A DNA stretch of 64,000 nucleotides from Bacteroidota bacterium (GTDB taxonomy: Bacteria; Bacteroidota; Bacteroidia; UKL13-3): contig JAIXWW010000011.1 in NCBI GenBank assembly GCA_027491085.1, forward strand, positions 433,151-497,150, read 5' to 3'. Positions 60,903-64,000 of the stretch are shown piece after piece. The position numbers were made by a program, and so were the translations under genes. The stretch's first letter is position 1. The number at the start of each line of letters is the position of its first letter. The notes under the pieces were generated by a model. That model was not told where the DNA came from, did no database searches, and worked only from the letters and a program-made list of their open reading frames with translations.

Positions 60903-63680
60903 TTACTCTTTAAGCCAAATACAAATGCCATTAGCTTTAATTGGATTACCTATTAAAGTTTTTTGGGTAATGCCATTTAAGTTTATTTCGTTGCTATTAC
61001 CAATTAGTTTCCAACGACCTTTTAAGTTCATTTTGTTGGTATCAAAACTATTTGGTTTGTTATCGTTATTAATCAATACCAATATTTTATTATCAATCAT
61101 ATAACCTAACATGGCTTTATTTTCAGGAACAATAAATTGAACAAAATTCTTTTCTAAAATAGGTTTTTTATTGTCGGGTAAAATGCTGGTTAAACTCGGT
61201 TCTGCATTAATTAACGGCTGTAAAATTTGAGTTCTTAAGCTCATTAAACCTTGCCAATAAGCATGCATGTTTTTAAAATTACTATTGGTATAAGGTTCCA
61301 TTGGCACTTTATCGGTTTGAGGCGATTTTGTTTTACCTATATTCTCCCAAATAAAATGATTGGCTTTGCGCACATTATAAGTATCACGTTTACCATGAAA
61401 ATATAACTTACCACTTGGAATTTCCTTCACAATTTCCATTAAAGGCGCTAAACCTTTACTTCGCATAAACTCGCTTCCACCATGCAATACTATTGGCCCG
61501 GGAGTTGTAAACAATAAAGTTGCTGCAATTTTATAATTAGCTTCATCTACACCAAATCTTCCGTCAAAATCGGTCGTTGCAAACTGGTCGGCTAAGGCAT
61601 AATTATCGTGAATATCCAGGTAATTTATTCCGCTATTTATATTTTTTTGCGGAGCAAATGAACAACTCAAAGCTTTGATTACATTATCACGTTCCTCTAA
61701 ATTTCCTCCTGCCCAGCCGCGGTGTTTGAGTTTATCGGTCAATTCAAAAACTGGACCTTTGTAAGCATTTCTGGTATCATCGTTAAAATAACAAATAGGT
61801 GCTGAATCTTTATACCAATGCCAATTCGGATTTTTATTATACTCGGGATCATTGCTATCAATCCATGGTTCACCATAAATTATAATATCACTAGGCAAAG
61901 CAGCTTTAAGAGCTAACAAAGTTTCTCTATCGGTTTGTCCTGCCAAGTCAATTCTAAATCCATCTACCCCAAACTCTTCAATAAAATGTTTGCATTGGTC
62001 AATAATCCAACGTTGCACCATGTAACGATTTTCGCTTTTAGTTTCGTTTCCATATTCGCCAATATGCTCTAAGTTTTTGGTTCGGTAATAATATTGTTTA
62101 TCAAAAGCATTAAAGTGAAACAAATAATTGCGGCCATCCATATTTTCGGCTGTGTGGTTAAATACAAAATCAACAATTACAGCAATGTTTTTATCATGAA
62201 ATTTTTGAACCACATCTCTAAACTGTTTGCGTTCATCACCAGGTTCGGTACCTTTTTGACGATAACGGCTTTCAATGGCAAAGCTATGTGAGGTGCGATA
62301 ACCCCAATCATAATTTTCGGTTGCAATGCCTTGTTCTATCATGTATTTATCTCTGCTAAATGCTTTTTTCCATTCGTCTTTTGGCCAATGAAGCATTTCT
62401 TGAACAGGCATTAAATGCACAGTATTAATCCCTAAATTTACCAAATGGTCAAACCCAATTGGATAACCTTTTGAATTAGTTAAACCACTAACACCCATGC
62501 CGGCAATGGTGCCTTTCGTGTTTTCATCTACGGGCAATAAGTCTGTAAAATCTTGCACATGCACTTCGTAAGCTATTACTTCTTCCATTTTAGGTCTACC
62601 ATTTTTTAATGGAGAAGCAGGATGAGTTTTTGCTGCTACCATACAAGCACCAAAACTATCATCGCTTACACGAGCATAAGGGTCACTAATATGAACAGGA
62701 TGGGTTTCAAAGAATGAATTTCCTGGATCCGTAAAACCATGTACGGTATAATCATACCAAGTGCCTTCCAAATTTTCGTTTAATGTAGTTTCCCAAACAC
62801 CTTGCTCATCTACTTTCATTTCTATAGTAGAATAAGGAGTTTTTTCGTAAAGGCTTTCGCTACCAAATTTAGGTTTGTATAAATACAATTTTACCATGGT
62901 AGCCCTTGGTGCAAAAACCCTAAAAGTGGTTTGTTTTCCATCTTCCGAAATATTTGCTCCTAGCTCTTTATTGCTTTTTAAAGTTTTAAACCAACCATCG
63001 TAAGTTACCAATGTTTTAAGTTTAAGTTTAGGTATTTCTAAGTAGTAAACCCTGCGTTTATCAACGCCTGAAATTGTATTTAAATTAAATGAAACAATTC
63101 CTTTATCGTTAAATTTAATTCTGTGACTGATGGTATCAAAAGTGCCATCTTCCAAGTTATACGAAATATCTTTGATGGCTATTTTTTCGCCTAAAGCATT
63201 GGTTAATAACAAATCGGCTTCGGTATAACTAGCGCCTTGCGGCAATCCTGCTAAACGCACATATATTTGGTTATTATCTACCAAAGTAGCTTTAACACCC
63301 AAAGGCTCAACACCTTTCATAAAAATTAAATTGCCACCTTCGGTATTGGTAGCATTTGGTGCAGGGTCAAGCCATTGACCTGCATCTATTCTAAACTTAA
63401 AAGGCATGCTAGGTTTAATTATTTCAAAATTAGGATTATATACTTTTAAAGTCCAAATATTGCCAACCTGTCTTCTCATTATCCATTTGGTATCAGCCAT
63501 ATCTTGACTCCAGTTTCTAAATGCTCCTGTTACTACAACCTTATTTTTTACCACCACATTGTAATCTTTTTCATTAAAAATAAAGGTAGTAGTGTCGTTA
63601 TTATGCGCATATCCGTTAGGCTGAGCAAAGGTTAACAAACAGTAAAAAGTAAAAATAATTGCAAAAAGTATTTTTTTCAT
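60903..63680 (-). CDS. secreted GH13-family alpha-glucan hydrolase (pullulanase/amylase-like)
   Basis: Signal peptide. GH13 conserved regions VDGFRIDLAGQ (II), IYGEPW (III), LDIHDN (IV). 925 aa. Confidence 0.75.
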   Translation of the reverse strand: MKKILFAIIFTFYCLLTFAQPNGYAHNNDTTTFIFNEKDYNVVVKNKVVVTGAFRNWSQDMADTKWIMRRQVGNIWTLKVYNPNFEIIKPSMPFKFRIDAGQWLDPAPNATNTEGGNLIFMKGVEPLGVKATLVDNNQIYVRLAGLPQGASYTEADLLLTNALGEKIAIKDISYNLEDGTFDTISHRIKFNDKGIVSFNLNTISGVDKRRVYYLEIPKLKLKTLVTYDGWFKTLKSNKELGANISEDGKQTTFRVFAPRATMVKLYLYKPKFGSESLYEKTPYSTIEMKVDEQGVWETTLNENLEGTWYDYTVHGFTDPGNSFFETHPVHISDPYARVSDDSFGACMVAAKTHPASPLKNGRPKMEEVIAYEVHVQDFTDLLPVDENTKGTIAGMGVSGLTNSKGYPIGFDHLVNLGINTVHLMPVQEMLHWPKDEWKKAFSRDKYMIEQGIATENYDWGYRTSHSFAIESRYRQKGTEPGDERKQFRDVVQKFHDKNIAVIVDFVFNHTAENMDGRNYLFHFNAFDKQYYYRTKNLEHIGEYGNETKSENRYMVQRWIIDQCKHFIEEFGVDGFRIDLAGQTDRETLLALKAALPSDIIIYGEPWIDSNDPEYNKNPNWHWYKDSAPICYFNDDTRNAYKGPVFELTDKLKHRGWAGGNLEERDNVIKALSCSFAPQKNINSGINYLDIHDNYALADQFATTDFDGRFGVDEANYKIAATLLFTTPGPIVLHGGSEFMRSKGLAPLMEIVKEIPSGKLYFHGKRDTYNVRKANHFIWENIGKTKSPQTDKVPMEPYTNSNFKNMHAYWQGLMSLRTQILQPLINAEPSLTSILPDNKKPILEKNFVQFIVPENKAMLGYMIDNKILVLINNDNKPNSFDTNKMNLKGRWKLIGNSNEINLNGITQKTLIGNPIKANGICIWLKE

Positions 63681-63734
63681 AGTGGCGAAAATCGGTATTT
63701 GTATCGAATATCAATATATTTGCCCAACAAAAAA

Positions 63735-64000
63735 ATGATTTTAGGTCCAATAAGAAAGCTGCGCGTATGGTTCGCAAAATATCCAACTGCTAAAAAATTT
63801 ATTAAATTTGGCATCGTTGGCACATCAAGTACAATGGTAAGTTTACTGGTATTTTGGTTACTTTCATTGCAGTTCCCTGCACTTAATTTATTAACCAAAG
63901 CAGCAGGTTGGTTGATGGGCTTTTTTGTGGGTTTTACTTTAAATAAATTTTGGACATACGTAGACCAAACTGATGATGGTGAAAAATATTTAATAAAATA
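63735..64000 (+). CDS. GtrA-family membrane protein (3'-truncated at the window end)
   Basis: MILGPIRKLRVWFAKYPTAKKFIKFGIVGTSSTMVSLLVFWLL has the GtrA-like N-terminus (KF..VG...T). The ORF runs off the window, so it is absent from the supplied track. Confidence 0.5.
   Translation, partial: MILGPIRKLRVWFAKYPTAKKFIKFGIVGTSSTMVSLLVFWLLSLQFPALNLLTKAAGWLMGFFVGFTLNKFWTYVDQTDDGEKYLIK

Noticed and set aside
63677-63898. 73-aa minus-strand ORF from the track
   Set aside because: Antisense to a plus-strand ORF with a recognisable GtrA-like N-terminus that runs off the window. The plus-strand ORF is preferred.
1-64000. CRISPR arrays, rRNA genes, IS elements with DDE transposases
   Set aside because: No regularly spaced direct repeats, no rRNA-like segments, and no DDE-transposase-like ORFs were seen. 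The only recombinases are the tyrosine integrase and the serine recombinase.

Overview
Low-GC window from a Bacteroidota chromosome (Flavobacteriia/Sphingobacteriia-like; T9SS C-terminal sorting domain, Fib_succ_major, SusC-like and GxxExxY proteins), read directly from the sequence and the ORF track. Core housekeeping genes occupy 1-10.7 kb and 34.4-64 kb. Between them lies a ~23 kb accessory island (10775-33932). It is bounded by an exact 35-nt direct repeat equal to the 5' half of tRNA-Arg(CCT): a partial copy sits at the sucD terminator and the complete tRNA at the right end. The island carries a tyrosine integrase, a serine recombinase, a ParB-domain::DNA methyltransferase fusion, a RadC-like JAB protein, an XRE repressor, and many hypothetical or secreted proteins. 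A ~6.2 kb segment inside it is flanked by an ~82-bp direct repeat of the integrase 3' end, which points to a nested or tandem insertion. That nested module is the best candidate for an undescribed system. It encodes a PARP-like (H-G-S motif) ADP-ribosyltransferase-like protein, two paralogous NT5C-type HAD nucleotidase-like proteins (one apparently catalytically degenerate), a GIY-YIG-like protein, three overlapping unknown genes, a CAP-domain protein and an HTH regulator. Also notable: a 13-bp inverted repeat with an extra direct copy just upstream of the ParB-methyltransferase gene, near the serine recombinase (candidate invertible switch or operator); a CTAG-rich iteron-like noncoding block; poly-C tracts; and a five-gene cluster of secreted proteins. 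No CRISPR array, rRNA or DDE transposase was seen. All functional calls come from motif recognition by eye, with no database search.
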